Shown here: positions 20,464 to 30,233 of the stretch, piece by piece | Position numbering within the stretch: position 1 is the stretch's first letter | Layout of the letters: each line of letters opens with the position of its first letter | NCBI GenBank assembly: GCA_963665775.2 | Contig: CAXXTF010000001.1 | Span: 64,001 to 128,000, forward strand | DNA: 64,000 nucleotides | From: Dehalococcoidia bacterium | GTDB taxonomy: Bacteria > Chloroflexota > Dehalococcoidia > SM23-28-2 > RBG-16-64-32 | Direction: 5' to 3' | Notes under the pieces: model-generated | The model's database searches: none | What the model was told of the DNA's origin: nothing | What the model saw: only the letters and a program-made list of their open reading frames with translations | Position numbers and translations under genes: made by a program

Positions 20464-21486
20464 CTAGGCGAAGTAGACGCCCAGGAGCTCCTCCATGAGG
20501 GAGCCCATGTATCGGACGAGCGGTACGGCCCTGGGGTAACGCATGCGTGTGGGGCCGACGACGCTGAGCGTGCCGCGCAGGCCGGAGGGGCCGCTGTAGC
20601 CGACGGTGACGACGCTGCACTGGCGCATGGCGTCCGTGGGATGCTCCGCACCGATGGTGATCCTGATATCGTGGGGGGGGAGGGCAGCTACCGGAATGGC
20701 CTGCGGCAGGTTGCGCCCCTCCAGCAGCTCCAGCAGGCCCAGGATACGCTCGCCGTGAGCGAACTCAGGCTGGCGCAGGAGCTCTCGCAGCCCCTCCAGG
20801 AAGGCGAGCTCGAAGCCGGAGGCGTCGGCGGCCGCCAGGAGATCAGCAGTAGCGTTAACCACGAGCGCTTCCACGGCAGGGGAGAACTCCGGCTGCCCCT
20901 GACGCATCTCGGCTGCCGTCTTGCCGGCGATCTGCGAGTTCAGACGGCGGGCGATGGTCGTGAGCTCGTCCTGGCTGACAGAATCCTCCAGAGTCAGCGT
21001 ATGCTGCAACACCCTCGCCTCCTGAAGGACGAGGACCACCAGGGCCAGGTAATCGTGCACGCTCACCAGCTCCAGCCAGCGCAGGCGGGGCTCCGGCGAG
21101 TAGGGGGCGGTGACTACGGCGGCGCTGTGAAGGCGGGCAGCGAGGACAGCGGCGGCCAGGTGGGCCCAGTCCTCAAGCCCGCGAGCCGCCTGATGGAACT
21201 GATGGCGGATCGTCTGCTCGTCCGGCTGGGGAAGGGATTCCTCCCGCATCAGCGTCTCCACGTAGTAGCGATAGCCACGGTCCGTGGGGATACGGCCGGC
21301 GGAAGTGTGAGGCTGGACGATGTATCCCTCCTCCTCCAGTGAGACCATCTCGTTCCGAACGGTGGCCGGGGAGACGGGGAGGCGGTACTTCTCGACGATG
21401 GCGCTGGAGCCCACGGGCTGGGCCGTGCTCACGTGCTCATCAACGATTAACTGGAGGAGCTTCCGGCGCCGTTCCGTTAGTGTCAT
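20464..21486 (-). CDS. hrcA: Heat-inducible transcription repressor HrcA
   Basis: PVGS, SPATVRNEM, PHTSAGRIPT, GPTRMRY. Confidence 0.97.
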   Translation of the reverse strand: MTLTERRRKLLQLIVDEHVSTAQPVGSSAIVEKYRLPVSPATVRNEMVSLEEEGYIVQPHTSAGRIPTDRGYRYYVETLMREESLPQPDEQTIRHQFHQAARGLEDWAHLAAAVLAARLHSAAVVTAPYSPEPRLRWLELVSVHDYLALVVLVLQEARVLQHTLTLEDSVSQDELTTIARRLNSQIAGKTAAEMRQGQPEFSPAVEALVVNATADLLAAADASGFELAFLEGLRELLRQPEFAHGERILGLLELLEGRNLPQAIPVAALPPHDIRITIGAEHPTDAMRQCSVVTVGYSGPSGLRGTLSVVGPTRMRYPRAVPLVRYMGSLMEELLGVYFA

Positions 21487-21571
21487 CGCTGAGCTACCCA
21501 GAGGTGCCCTCTGCGGGAACGATCGCTCTCCGCGGACTGGCTCGTCAACATTTCCGCATTTCGTTAAACCA

Positions 21572-21598
21572 TTAGCACTCTCAACCCGCGAGTGCTAA
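21572..21598. promoter_or_regulatory. CIRCE element
   Basis: Perfect TTAGCACTC-N9-GAGTGCTAA upstream of hrcA. Confidence 0.98.
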
Positions 21599-21603
21599 TA
21601 GCG

Positions 21604-21632
21604 AGGTTAGCATTTCTGTCGGCCCCTGTCAA
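21604..21632 (-). promoter_or_regulatory. Sigma70-type promoter of hrcA operon
   Basis: TTGACA-17 nt-TAACCT with extended -10 TG, directly upstream of CIRCE. Confidence 0.8.
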
Positions 21633-21737
21633 GGCTATGAATCCGGACCGATCCGGAGCACCAGCCCTTCCCCTGGACGATCTGACGGCGGGCCGCCGGA
21701 GCAGCCGGGTGGCCCCGCCCGGGGCCCGCCCGGCCTC

Positions 21738-22337
21738 CTAGGCCGGCTTCAGGCTGAACGGCGGATACTCGTCGGTCAGCGAGAAGATGTAGGCCTGTAC
21801 TCGAAGAGACCAGCGAAAGACTCCCGCAACGAAGCCGTGCAGCCCGCGCGGATAGCGACCGGTGAACAGGATGGCAAACCAGGCGATCACCACCACAACA
21901 AGCGCTGCCAGAAATAGGAAGATCAGGATGATGAAATGCGGTATCGAAGTGATGATCTTCCAGATGGCCACTTTCCAGCGACTCAACCGGTCAGGGTAAC
22001 GCACATCGAAGTTGATCGGGTACTCGCCCTCGAACGCCGGAAACTGGTCCGTTAGCAGTGCCAGATAGCCCCCGGCCCGTACCTCGAAGCGCATGAGCGC
22101 CACCTGAAAGTCGAACATCCAGTGGGGCACGTACTGACGAACGAGCACCGCAGCCCAGATCGCCAGGACAACACCTCCTCCTGCCGCGCCAGCGCCTCTT
22201 GCCTCGTCGCCCCCGAGCAGCGCAAGGAAGATAGCCACGGGGATGAAGAAAAAGATTCGAAAAGCGGTGGAGAGGCGGCTGAGCCGCTCCGGATACTCGA
22301 CCTCAAACCTGACCGGGTAGCTCGGTTCTGTTGTCAT
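21738..22337 (-). CDS. DUF4389 membrane protein
   Basis: Two repeats YPERLSR...LLTDQFP / YPDRLSR...LTDEYPPF. Confidence 0.85.
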   Translation of the reverse strand: MTTEPSYPVRFEVEYPERLSRLSTAFRIFFFIPVAIFLALLGGDEARGAGAAGGGVVLAIWAAVLVRQYVPHWMFDFQVALMRFEVRAGGYLALLTDQFPAFEGEYPINFDVRYPDRLSRWKVAIWKIITSIPHFIILIFLFLAALVVVVIAWFAILFTGRYPRGLHGFVAGVFRWSLRVQAYIFSLTDEYPPFSLKPA

Positions 22338-22464
22338 GCTTAGCCTCCTTTGGAGTGATCCCTGGTGCCATCGACAGTATGACGGTGACAGACGGCAAAA
22401 GGTTCCAATTGCCTAAACGACTCAATCGCCACCCCCAACAAATTGCGGCGAAGATTCACAGGGC

Positions 22465-23169
22465 TCACGGTCTAACCTTCGCCCAGTCCACCACCGATCG
22501 CCACAGCGGAAGGCCGTCCTCGCCCCCCATCAGCGCCTCGCAGGCCCGCTCCGGATGGGGCATCATCCCCAGTACGTTCCCCCGCTCGCTCACGATCCCC
22601 GCGATGTTGTTCAGGCTGCCGTTGGGATTAGCCGCCGCCGTCACCTCCCCCTCCGACGTGCAGTAGCGGAACGCGACCCGTCCCGCCGCCTCCAACTCCG
22701 CCAGGGCTTCCTCGTCGACAAAGAAGCGCCCTTCACCGTGAGAGATCGGGATACGCAGCACCTGCCCCTGCTGATAGGCCTGGGTGAAGGCCGTGTCCGC
22801 GTTCTCCACCCGCAGGTTCACCCACTGGCAGCGGTACTGTAGGGAATCGTTGCGCATGAGGACACCTGGCAGCAGATGCGCCTCACACAGGACCTGGAAG
22901 CCGTTGCAGATCCCGATGACCGGCTTCCCGGCCTCAGCGTGGCGAACCACCGCCTCCATGACCGGCGAGAAGCGGGCGATGGCCCCGGTGCGCAGGTAGT
23001 CCCCGTAGGAGAAGCCTCCCGGCAACACCAGGCAGTCGTACGACGAGAGGTCGCGCTCCCGGTGCCAGACGAGATCCGCCTGCTCACCGAGAACTGTTGC
23101 CAGGGCGTAGTGACAGTCGTGATCGCTCCACGTGCCGGGAAAGACGACGACAGCGAATCGCAGGACCAC
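22465..23169 (-). CDS. purQ: Phosphoribosylformylglycinamidine synthase subunit PurQ
   Basis: [25 protein letters not shown]; GTG at 23169 follows GGAGG. Confidence 0.96.
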   Translation of the reverse strand: MVLRFAVVVFPGTWSDHDCHYALATVLGEQADLVWHRERDLSSYDCLVLPGGFSYGDYLRTGAIARFSPVMEAVVRHAEAGKPVIGICNGFQVLCEAHLLPGVLMRNDSLQYRCQWVNLRVENADTAFTQAYQQGQVLRIPISHGEGRFFVDEEALAELEAAGRVAFRYCTSEGEVTAAANPNGSLNNIAGIVSERGNVLGMMPHPERACEALMGGEDGLPLWRSVVDWAKVRP

Positions 23170-23307
23170 AACCTCCACGTCCCTTATACCACACCACCCC
23201 CTCCACCACATGTAACCATGCCCCTCCTCCTACTCACGTTTTACAGATGGTAGGCCACCCAGCCACTGGAAGAGCCACATGAGACCAAGCTGGCAAGTAG
23301 ACCTGAA

Positions 23308-23499
23308 ATGGCTGGGCGGCCCCTAGTCTGTCTGGTCTGTATTGCCCTGGCTCTCTCCCCAACAGCCGGCTCCGTAGTCGGAGACTTCTTGAGGCTGTTC
23401 ATCTTCGGCCTCGTCGTGATCCTGGCCGCCACATTGGGCCATCTGGGTTGGTTAGCGTGGGAGCGATATCAGCACCCCCGCCGGATCGATACCGCCTGA
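23308..23499 (+). CDS. Possible small membrane protein
   Basis: 63 aa with two hydrophobic stretches; no family recognised. Confidence 0.3.
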   Translation: MAGRPLVCLVCIALALSPTAGSVVGDFLRLFIFGLVVILAATLGHLGWLAWERYQHPRRIDTA

Positions 23500-23649
23500 G
23501 GCTCTCCTCCCTTTCGTTGGGCGGCGCGGCGGCGGCGAGGCCTCATGGGCGCGTCCCTGTCGGAGCGTTCCCGAATGCCATCTGCTATAATGAGCCGCGC
23601 CCGCCCCAGCGGCGGACAGGCAGCTGACCACCGTCAGGAGGTAGCGTCC

Positions 23650-23991
23650 ATGGAAATCAGCTGGATAGACACGCCAGAGGAGTGGCGCGACGTCTTTATC
23701 ATGGCCTTCATGGTGGCCGGCATCCTCCTGTTCCTGATCGCCACCGTATTCGTCGGGCTCATCGGCTGGGCGGCGCTTAGGGCTGTCAACAAGGCCAGAA
23801 GCATCCTCAAGACCAACCTGCAGCCCACTCTAGAAAACGTGCGGGAGACCAGCGAGAGCGTGCGGGGAACGGTGGCATTCATCTCCGACCACGCGGTGCG
23901 GCCGGTGGTACGTGTTTACAGCACCTACGCCGGGGCCAGGCGGTTCGTCGCCACCTTCGCGCGGCTGGTACGCCATAAACGAGGCGGTTAG
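23650..23991 (+). CDS. Small membrane protein (DUF948-like)
   Basis: RBS AGGAGG; TM helix followed by amphipathic helix. Confidence 0.7.
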   Translation: MEISWIDTPEEWRDVFIMAFMVAGILLFLIATVFVGLIGWAALRAVNKARSILKTNLQPTLENVRETSESVRGTVAFISDHAVRPVVRVYSTYAGARRFVATFARLVRHKRGG

Positions 23992-24002
23992 GGAGATAGG
24001 CG

Positions 24003-24293
24003 ATGCGCTTTATCATCGGTCTCGCCCTGGGCTGTGCGGTCGGCTTCGCCGCTTACGTCCTCATCACACCGCAACGGCGCAGAGATGGAGAGGCGGCCGG
24101 TCAAGAGTCCCCGGAGGCTACGGCCCCCGACGACCACGATCCCGCAGCCGCCGTTCGCCGGGCTATGCGCTCCCTTCAAGCGCAGGTGCAGGAAGCCTGG
24201 ACGGAGGCGCAGGAGGCGGCCAAGGAGGCGGCCAAGGAGATACGAGCCAACTACCAGCGGATGGCCCACAGGACGGCCGAGAACGAGGAGTAA
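24003..24293 (+). CDS. YtxH-like membrane-anchored protein
   Basis: MRFIIGLALG...LITP then charged coiled coil. Confidence 0.7.
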   Translation: MRFIIGLALGCAVGFAAYVLITPQRRRDGEAAGQESPEATAPDDHDPAAAVRRAMRSLQAQVQEAWTEAQEAAKEAAKEIRANYQRMAHRTAENEE

Positions 24294-24344
24294 GGACACC
24301 GCCCATTACCGCTACTCAACCCGGCGCCGTGCTACCATCTACCT

Positions 24345-24436
24345 GGAGGGGTGCCGGAGTGGTTGAACGGGGCGGTCTCGAAAACCGTTGTACCGCTTTG
24401 GCGGTACCGTGGGTTCGAATCCCACCCCCTCCGCCA
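24345..24436 (+). tRNA. tRNA-Ser(CGA)
   Basis: GGAGGGGTGCCGGAGTGG...CT-CGA-AA...long variable arm...GTTCGAATCCCACCCCCTCCGCCA. Confidence 0.96.
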
Positions 24437-24476
24437 GCCGAACGAGAGATCTGCAACGAGTAGTCGCGCTCCCCGC

Positions 24477-24564
24477 GGAGGGGTGCCAGAGCGGACGATT
24501 GGGCACGCCTGGAGAGCGTGTGTACCTTCGGGTACCGTGGGTTCGAATCCCACCCCCTCCGCCA
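24477..24564 (+). tRNA. tRNA-Ser(GGA)
   Basis: GGAGGGGTGCCAGAGCGG...CT-GGA-GA...variable arm...CCCTCCGCCA. Confidence 0.96.
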
Positions 24565-24649
24565 CTCTCACCGCCGTCCGCCCAGCATCCCGCTCCTCTC
24601 TCTGGCGGCTCCCCGCTCCGCATGGCATAATCTCCACTCGGAGCCTGAT

Positions 24650-25318
24650 GTGAGACGCAACCTGGAACCCCTGGACGCCCTCCGCCTCCTCGGCGGCGGG
24701 CCGGTAGCCCTGGTCACCACCAGTTGGCGGGCTGAGACCGACGTGATGCCGGCCATCTGGACCACGCCCCTTTCGCGTACGCCACCCCTGATCGGCGTCA
24801 CCGTCCACCCCTCCCGCCACACCTACGACATGATCCGCTTCTCCGAGGAGTTTGCCCTGAATTTCCCCGGCCCCGAACTGACGAACCACACCCACTACTT
24901 CGGCGTCGTCTCCGGCCAGGACGTGCACAAGCTGGAGCTGGCGAAGCTGCCTACCTTTAAGGCCTCGAAGGTGAGTGCTCCCCTCCTCGAAGGATGCCTG
25001 GCCCACGTCGAATGCGGCCTCGAGGACGCCCTGCGCATCGGCGACCACACCCTGTTCGTAGGACGGGTGCTCGCCGTGCAGGCGGAGGCGGAGGCCTTCG
25101 AGGAGACGTGGCTGGTCGGCGACCGTGACTACCGACCGCTCCACTACCTGGGGCTGGATCGCTACGCCTTCCTGAGAGAGCGGCTGCAGGCCCATCTGCG
25201 CACCACCGAGGACGGCGCTATCGAGCTGGAGGAGACGCCGGAGGAGCGGGAGCGGCGGGAGGAGGAGGATGCACTGGCCCGGGAGCAGGCCCAGCGCGAG
25301 GGTGAGGAGGAAGGATAG
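24650..25318 (+). CDS. Flavin reductase family protein
   Basis: PVALVTT, EFALNFP, AHVEC, GDHTLFVG; GTG start at 24650. Confidence 0.88.
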   Translation: MRRNLEPLDALRLLGGGPVALVTTSWRAETDVMPAIWTTPLSRTPPLIGVTVHPSRHTYDMIRFSEEFALNFPGPELTNHTHYFGVVSGQDVHKLELAKLPTFKASKVSAPLLEGCLAHVECGLEDALRIGDHTLFVGRVLAVQAEAEAFEETWLVGDRDYRPLHYLGLDRYAFLRERLQAHLRTTEDGAIELEETPEERERREEEDALAREQAQREGEEEG

Positions 25319-25379
25319 GGAGGCCCACTGGTGCCCCGCCTTGCCCGGCCCAGGCCAGGTGCACTAGACTGGGACTGTC

Positions 25380-25637
25380 ATGAAGGCCACGGTGCGCCTG
25401 TTCGCCCGCCTGAGTGAGCTGGCAGGCAGCAGGGAGATCGAGTTGGAGCTGGGCGAGGGCCTCAGCGCGGGCGAGGCCTACCGCCTCCTATGCACCCGAT
25501 ACCCTGATATGGCCGCCTACGCCGGTACCGTCATGTACGCCGTGAACGCCGAGTACGTGTTGCCGGAATATCCTCTCCGGGACGGCGATGAACTGGCCCT
25601 TATCCCACCTGTGAGCGGAGGCGCCCATGCTGTTTGA
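25380..25637 (+). CDS. moaD: Molybdopterin synthase sulfur carrier subunit
   Basis: VRLFA, AVNAEY, ALIPPVSG; ends SGG-AHAV. Confidence 0.9.
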   Translation: MKATVRLFARLSELAGSREIELELGEGLSAGEAYRLLCTRYPDMAAYAGTVMYAVNAEYVLPEYPLRDGDELALIPPVSGGAHAV

Positions 25638-26052
25638 AGTGACCAGCGAGCGGCTGGACCCCGAGCGACTGGTCAATCACGTTCGCAAGGACGAGAGCGG
25701 CGCCGTGATCCTCTTCTTTGGGGATGTCCGCAATAACAGCGAGGGGCGTCGCGTCCTCTACTTGGAGTACGATGCCTACCCCCAGATGGCCGAGAAGGTG
25801 ATGCGGCAGCTGGCCGAGGAGGTGATGGCGCGCTGGCCCCTGACGGACGTGGCCATCCAGCACCGCACCGGACGCCTGGAGATCGGCGATACGTCACTCC
25901 TCGTCGCCGTCTCCTCGCCCCACCGCAAGGAGGCCTTCGAGTCCTGCCACCACCTGGTCGACCGCTTCAAGGAGGTCGTCCCCATTTGGAAGAAGGAGGT
26001 GTGGGAGGGCGGAGAGGTCTGGATCGAGGGCGAGCCGGTGGAGCACAGTTGA
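25627..26052 (+). CDS. moaE: Molybdopterin synthase catalytic subunit
   Basis: LEYDAY, HRTG, SSPHR, VPIWKKE. Confidence 0.95.
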   Translation: MLFEVTSERLDPERLVNHVRKDESGAVILFFGDVRNNSEGRRVLYLEYDAYPQMAEKVMRQLAEEVMARWPLTDVAIQHRTGRLEIGDTSLLVAVSSPHRKEAFESCHHLVDRFKEVVPIWKKEVWEGGEVWIEGEPVEHS

Positions 26053-26582
26053 CCACACCCCAATACCCGCCACCTGCCGACCAACTCCGATACTGCCCTT
26101 ACTGCGCCGACCCTCTCACCTTTCGCACCCTTCCCACCGAGGACCGCCCCCGCCTGGTCTGCGACCGTCATCACATCCTTTACGTTAACCCCAAAGTGGT
26201 GGTGAACATCGTCGCCGAGCGCCGCGGCCGGTTGCTCCTCATGCGGCGGGCTATCGAGCCACGCATCGGCTCCTGGACCATGCCCGGCGGCTTCATGGAG
26301 ATCGACGAATCGGTGGAAGAGTGCGCCATCCGCGAGGCCCGCGAGGAGACCGGCGTGACGGTCCGCCCCCTGGCGCTCATCGGCATCTACTCCCGGCCGG
26401 CGCCGGGGCCGGGCATCGTAACCATCGTCTTCCGCGGTCGCGTCGATAAGGGCCGCGCCAGCCCCAGTCGCGAGGCGCTGGAGGTCCACTGGTTCCGGCC
26501 CCAGGAGATCCCCTGGGACGAGCTGGCCTACGAGACCACCGGCTGGGCCCTGCGCGACTGGCTGAAGGGGCGGCGCCGCTAA
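26049..26582 (+). CDS. Nudix hydrolase with N-terminal zinc ribbon
   Basis: CPYC...C..H, NPK, PGGFMEIDESVEECAIREAREETG. Confidence 0.9.
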   Translation: MTTPQYPPPADQLRYCPYCADPLTFRTLPTEDRPRLVCDRHHILYVNPKVVVNIVAERRGRLLLMRRAIEPRIGSWTMPGGFMEIDESVEECAIREAREETGVTVRPLALIGIYSRPAPGPGIVTIVFRGRVDKGRASPSREALEVHWFRPQEIPWDELAYETTGWALRDWLKGRRR

Positions 26583-28003
26583 CGACGCGGGGGACGCCCC
26601 CGCCGCGAGGGTGGCGGCCTGACAGCCGCCTGCTCCTTCCCCCAGAAGTCGAAGCGCCCCATCAGCAGGATGGCGCTCAGCTGAGGATCCGTGATCCGGG
26701 TACCTAACCGGCGCTCCATCTCCCTGAATGTGACGCTGGTCGTAATGACCGTGGGCAGGCAGGCGTTGTACCGGTAATTAACCAGCTGAAACAGCTTCTC
26801 CTCCGCCCAGGCGGTGCCACTCTGAGAGCCCAGGTCATCCATGATGAGCAGCGGCGCGGTACGCACCTGCTCGAACAGATCGTCGAACGCCTTCGGGTTC
26901 TGCGGGTTGAAGCTGACCCGGAGCCAATCTAGCAGGTCCGGCACCACCACGAACATTACCGGTGTCCCCGCCTCCCGGCAGTAGTTGCCGATAGCCGCCG
27001 CTAGGCGGGTCTTGCCGCGGCCGGTGGCTCCGGCTATAACCAGCCAATCCTTGGGCTCCTGCGCAAACTTCATCGCCTGCCGGTAGGCGCTCTGGATATC
27101 CTTCAGCTCCTCCCGCTCATCCACCGGCACGATCATCGGATCGAAGGTCTTGAAGGTCATGTCCCGCAGGAGAGGTAAGTCCAGCGCATCCAGGTCACCG
27201 AGCCCCGATGCCGGACCCGACTCCAGGTAGTGCACCTCCGACAGGGCGACATCGCTCAGGCGGCTCTGCAGGCGCGCATCGAAGCTGTCCAGGCTCAGGT
27301 TGCTGGTAAACACGGTGGGCATCTGGGCGTTGTATCGGTGGTTGATAAGCTGAAACAGCTTCTCCTCCGCCCAGGGGGTAGAGCTCTGCACCCCCAGATC
27401 GTCCAGTACAAGCACAGGGGCGGACCGCAGCAGCTCGAACAGCTCATCGTAGCCCACCTCACTCTCCGGTCGATAGGCCGCCCGCAGGTGGTCCAGCAGG
27501 TCAGGCACGACCATGAACAGCACGGGACGCCCACTCCGGATGCAGTGATCGGCGATGGCCGCCGCCAGATGCGTCTTCCCGCAGCCGCTAGGGCCACTGA
27601 ACACCAGCCACCCGGACGACTCCTGAGCGAAACGCTGAGCCGCCTTCATCGCCTCGCTGAACCGCTCCTGGTGGCGCGAGTTGGGGCTGCGCCCGCGGGG
27701 GCTCAGGTTGCCGAATGTGAGGCGGGAGAGCGACCCCAGGTTGCTGTAACGCTGGAGCCGCGCCAGCCGGTCCTCTTCTCGCTCATCGAGCGTGCACTGG
27801 CAGGGAAACGCCTTGCCGAAATCCGGGTGGCCCAGGCGAACCGCCCTCCGGACGAAGCCGGCCCCCCCGCAACGGGGACAGACGTCCTCGTCCTCGCTGA
27901 CCAGCGCCTCAGGCTCGAGCCCGGCGAGAGGAGAGCCTGCGCTTCCCCTCCCGGTAGCGCCGCTCAAACCACTCGATTTCAGGATCTCGTCCAGCTTTTT
28001 CAT
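26579..28003 (-). CDS. DnaC/DnaI/IstB-like helicase loader with two tandem AAA+ domains
   Basis: CPRC...CQC zinc site; Walker A GPSGCGKT and GATGRGKT; two LDDLG/MDDLG-EEKLFQL-RYN repeats. Confidence 0.9.
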   Translation of the reverse strand: MKKLDEILKSSGLSGATGRGSAGSPLAGLEPEALVSEDEDVCPRCGGAGFVRRAVRLGHPDFGKAFPCQCTLDEREEDRLARLQRYSNLGSLSRLTFGNLSPRGRSPNSRHQERFSEAMKAAQRFAQESSGWLVFSGPSGCGKTHLAAAIADHCIRSGRPVLFMVVPDLLDHLRAAYRPESEVGYDELFELLRSAPVLVLDDLGVQSSTPWAEEKLFQLINHRYNAQMPTVFTSNLSLDSFDARLQSRLSDVALSEVHYLESGPASGLGDLDALDLPLLRDMTFKTFDPMIVPVDEREELKDIQSAYRQAMKFAQEPKDWLVIAGATGRGKTRLAAAIGNYCREAGTPVMFVVVPDLLDWLRVSFNPQNPKAFDDLFEQVRTAPLLIMDDLGSQSGTAWAEEKLFQLVNYRYNACLPTVITTSVTFREMERRLGTRITDPQLSAILLMGRFDFWGKEQAAVRPPPSRRGRPPRR

Positions 28004-28709
28004 AGCTTGGGCCCTCCGCCTCCCATCTCTCGAGTATGCGCTGGATGTAGCGCCAGCTCCGCTTGTTCAGGCTCACTGCCTCCCGGAACGCCTCACGAAT
28101 CCACTCGGCCGGGTAAAGCTCCTCGGCCTGCTTGAGCTCATCGGCGATCAGCGGCGTGATGCCGCCCACATTCTCCTCGTAAAGCACGAAGATGTTGGGC
28201 CTGGTTGATCCCTCCGCCGGAGGCAGCGGCTCCTCCAGTCGTAGATCCGCCCCGGCTAACCCCTCCACCGCGCGGCGGTTGGCCGGCGTGTTCACCAGGT
28301 ACAGCTCCTCCTGACCCTCTTCGATCACAACCGTAGCCCGAAAGAGGGTGCCGCGCTCCACCGCCAGGAGCAGCCCTCGCTCCAGCGCCTGCCCTGAGCC
28401 CGTCGAAGGGGCCTCACCGTTCTCGCCACCGCCCAGGGCGGCCAGCGATCGCGATAGCGCCCCATCAGCGGCCAGCTCCCGGCGGGTCAGGAATCGAGGC
28501 GAACGCCGCTTCAACGTCTGGGCGAAGAAGAAGTAGAGGCTGACCGCCAGCTCTTCCGGACGCTCGATGCGGGGCAGCACCCGCGAGAAGAAGAGGTTGG
28601 GCACGGGCGTGGCCAGCCCCGAACTGGGAAACCCCTCGAACGGGCCGCCATCGCCGCTGGCATCGGCCTGAAGCCCTACACCATCCTCGTCCAACCGGGA
28701 CGGCCTCAC
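27909..28709 (-). CDS. DnaD domain protein
   Basis: NIFVLYEENVG, WIREAFREAV, SWRYIQRILERW. Confidence 0.88.
   Translation of the reverse strand: MRPSRLDEDGVGLQADASGDGGPFEGFPSSGLATPVPNLFFSRVLPRIERPEELAVSLYFFFAQTLKRRSPRFLTRRELAADGALSRSLAALGGGENGEAPSTGSGQALERGLLLAVERGTLFRATVVIEEGQEELYLVNTPANRRAVEGLAGADLRLEEPLPPAEGSTRPNIFVLYEENVGGITPLIADELKQAEELYPAEWIREAFREAVSLNKRSWRYIQRILERWEAEGPSYEKAGRDPEIEWFERRYREGKRRLSSRRARA
28387..28414 (-). repeat. 24-bp in-frame repeat-element insertion (PSTGSGQA) in dnaD
   Basis: CCTTCGACGGGCTCAGGGC flanked by AGGC direct repeats 24 bp apart. Confidence 0.65.
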
Positions 28710-30136
28710 TCTTCTTCCTCCCCGCCTTCCGGCTCCCTGACCAGCAGGTCCTCGAAGCGGGCGATCTTCTGACGAAAGCGCAGATGGTAGACGCCTGTGG
28801 GACCATTGCGGTGCTTGGCGATAATGATCTGCGTGTCCTCCGCCGGGTAGGCGCTGGCGGGTTTATCGGCGTGCAGCTTCTCCCACTCGTCGCGGCGCAT
28901 GTAGGCAGCCTCCCGGTAGATAAACATCACCACGTCGGCGTCCTGCTCGATGCTGCCCGACTCCCTCAGGTCGCTGAGCTGGGGCACGTGGGCGGCCCGG
29001 GACTCGGCAGCCCGGGAGAGCTGGGAGCAGGCCACCACTGGCACGTCCAGGTCGCGGGCCAGCTGCTTGAGCGAGCGCGAGATGTAGCTCACTTCCTGCA
29101 CCCGGTTTTCCGTCCGGACGCCGCCGTGCAACAGCTGCAGGAAGTCCACGATAACCAGGTCCAAGCCATGCTCAGTTCCGCGCCTAGCTGCAACCTCAAT
29201 ATCCAGGCGCCGGGCCTTGGACCGCATCTCGGCCACCGTCAGCATTGCCGAGTCGTCGAGGTAGATGGAAAGCTCCGACAGCGACCCCAGGGCCTGGGAG
29301 ATGCGCCGCTCGTCCCGGTCCGAGTGCTGGCCGAAGGCGAGGCGGGTGGAGTCGACGCCCGACTCTATGGCCAGGAGGCGCTGCACCAGCTGCTCGGCCG
29401 CCATCTCGATGGAGAAGAAGCCGACTGTCGCCTGCTGGCGGGCGGCGGCGTTGCGGGCGAAGTTCAGGACCAGGGACGTCTTGCCCAGGCTGGGCCGCGC
29501 GGCCACTACCACCAGATCGCCTCGCTTCAGCCCACCCAGCAGGGTGTCCAGGTCCATGAAACCGGTGGTGACCGCCCGGGCCTGGGCGGCCACCCCACCT
29601 ACCCCCGCCTCGGCCGACTCCAGGTAGCCCTCCAGGAGCTCCCGGATGTGCTTGAAGTCCCGTTGGGTCTCACCCTGCCGGACGGCGGCCACCAGCGTCT
29701 CGGCGCGGGACAGCACCTCGGCCACCTCCGGGCCGCCCTGGTAGGCCATCTGCGTCATCTGGCCGGCGGCGGTGATCAGCTTGCGATAGGTGGAGTCCCG
29801 CTGGACGATCCCGGCGTAGTGCTCCGCGCCAACGGAGGTAGGCAGCTCCGTGACCAGCTGGCTGAGGTAGGCGGCGCCCCCAATCTCCTCCAGACGACCC
29901 CTGCGGGACAGCTCGTGGGCGACGGTGATCTGGTTTATCGACTCGTTCCGCTCCCAGAGGTCATGGCAGGCCTCATACACCCAGCCGTTCTTCTCGCGGA
30001 AGAAATCCTCCGGCCGTAGATTCGGGGCCACCTTGTAGATGATTTCGGGGTCGACCAGGAGGGAGGCGATTACCGCCTCTTCCGCCTCGATATCGTGGGG
30101 CGGAAGCTTCTCCGCCCGTCCGGCCTCGACAACCAT
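28706..30136 (-). CDS. dnaB: Replicative DNA helicase
   Basis: PPHDIEAE, AARPSLGKT, SQLSR, LRESGSIEQDAD, KHRNGP. Confidence 0.98.
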   Translation of the reverse strand: MVVEAGRAEKLPPHDIEAEEAVIASLLVDPEIIYKVAPNLRPEDFFREKNGWVYEACHDLWERNESINQITVAHELSRRGRLEEIGGAAYLSQLVTELPTSVGAEHYAGIVQRDSTYRKLITAAGQMTQMAYQGGPEVAEVLSRAETLVAAVRQGETQRDFKHIRELLEGYLESAEAGVGGVAAQARAVTTGFMDLDTLLGGLKRGDLVVVAARPSLGKTSLVLNFARNAAARQQATVGFFSIEMAAEQLVQRLLAIESGVDSTRLAFGQHSDRDERRISQALGSLSELSIYLDDSAMLTVAEMRSKARRLDIEVAARRGTEHGLDLVIVDFLQLLHGGVRTENRVQEVSYISRSLKQLARDLDVPVVACSQLSRAAESRAAHVPQLSDLRESGSIEQDADVVMFIYREAAYMRRDEWEKLHADKPASAYPAEDTQIIIAKHRNGPTGVYHLRFRQKIARFEDLLVREPEGGEEEE

Positions 30137-30233
30137 CTACCTTCGCCTGCTCCCGTTCTTACCGGGCTTCCCTTTATAGGTTGTCCCGTGCCTGTGGAAA
30201 CGCCCCCTCCCCCTCTTTCTGCCTGCCGGCAGG

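Noticed and set aside
24403-24564. att-site duplication of a tRNA 3' end
   Set aside because: Both copies belong to complete tRNA-Ser isoacceptors
26579-28003. IS21 IstB transposition helper
   Set aside because: No IstA or terminal repeats; lies in an operon with dnaB and dnaD
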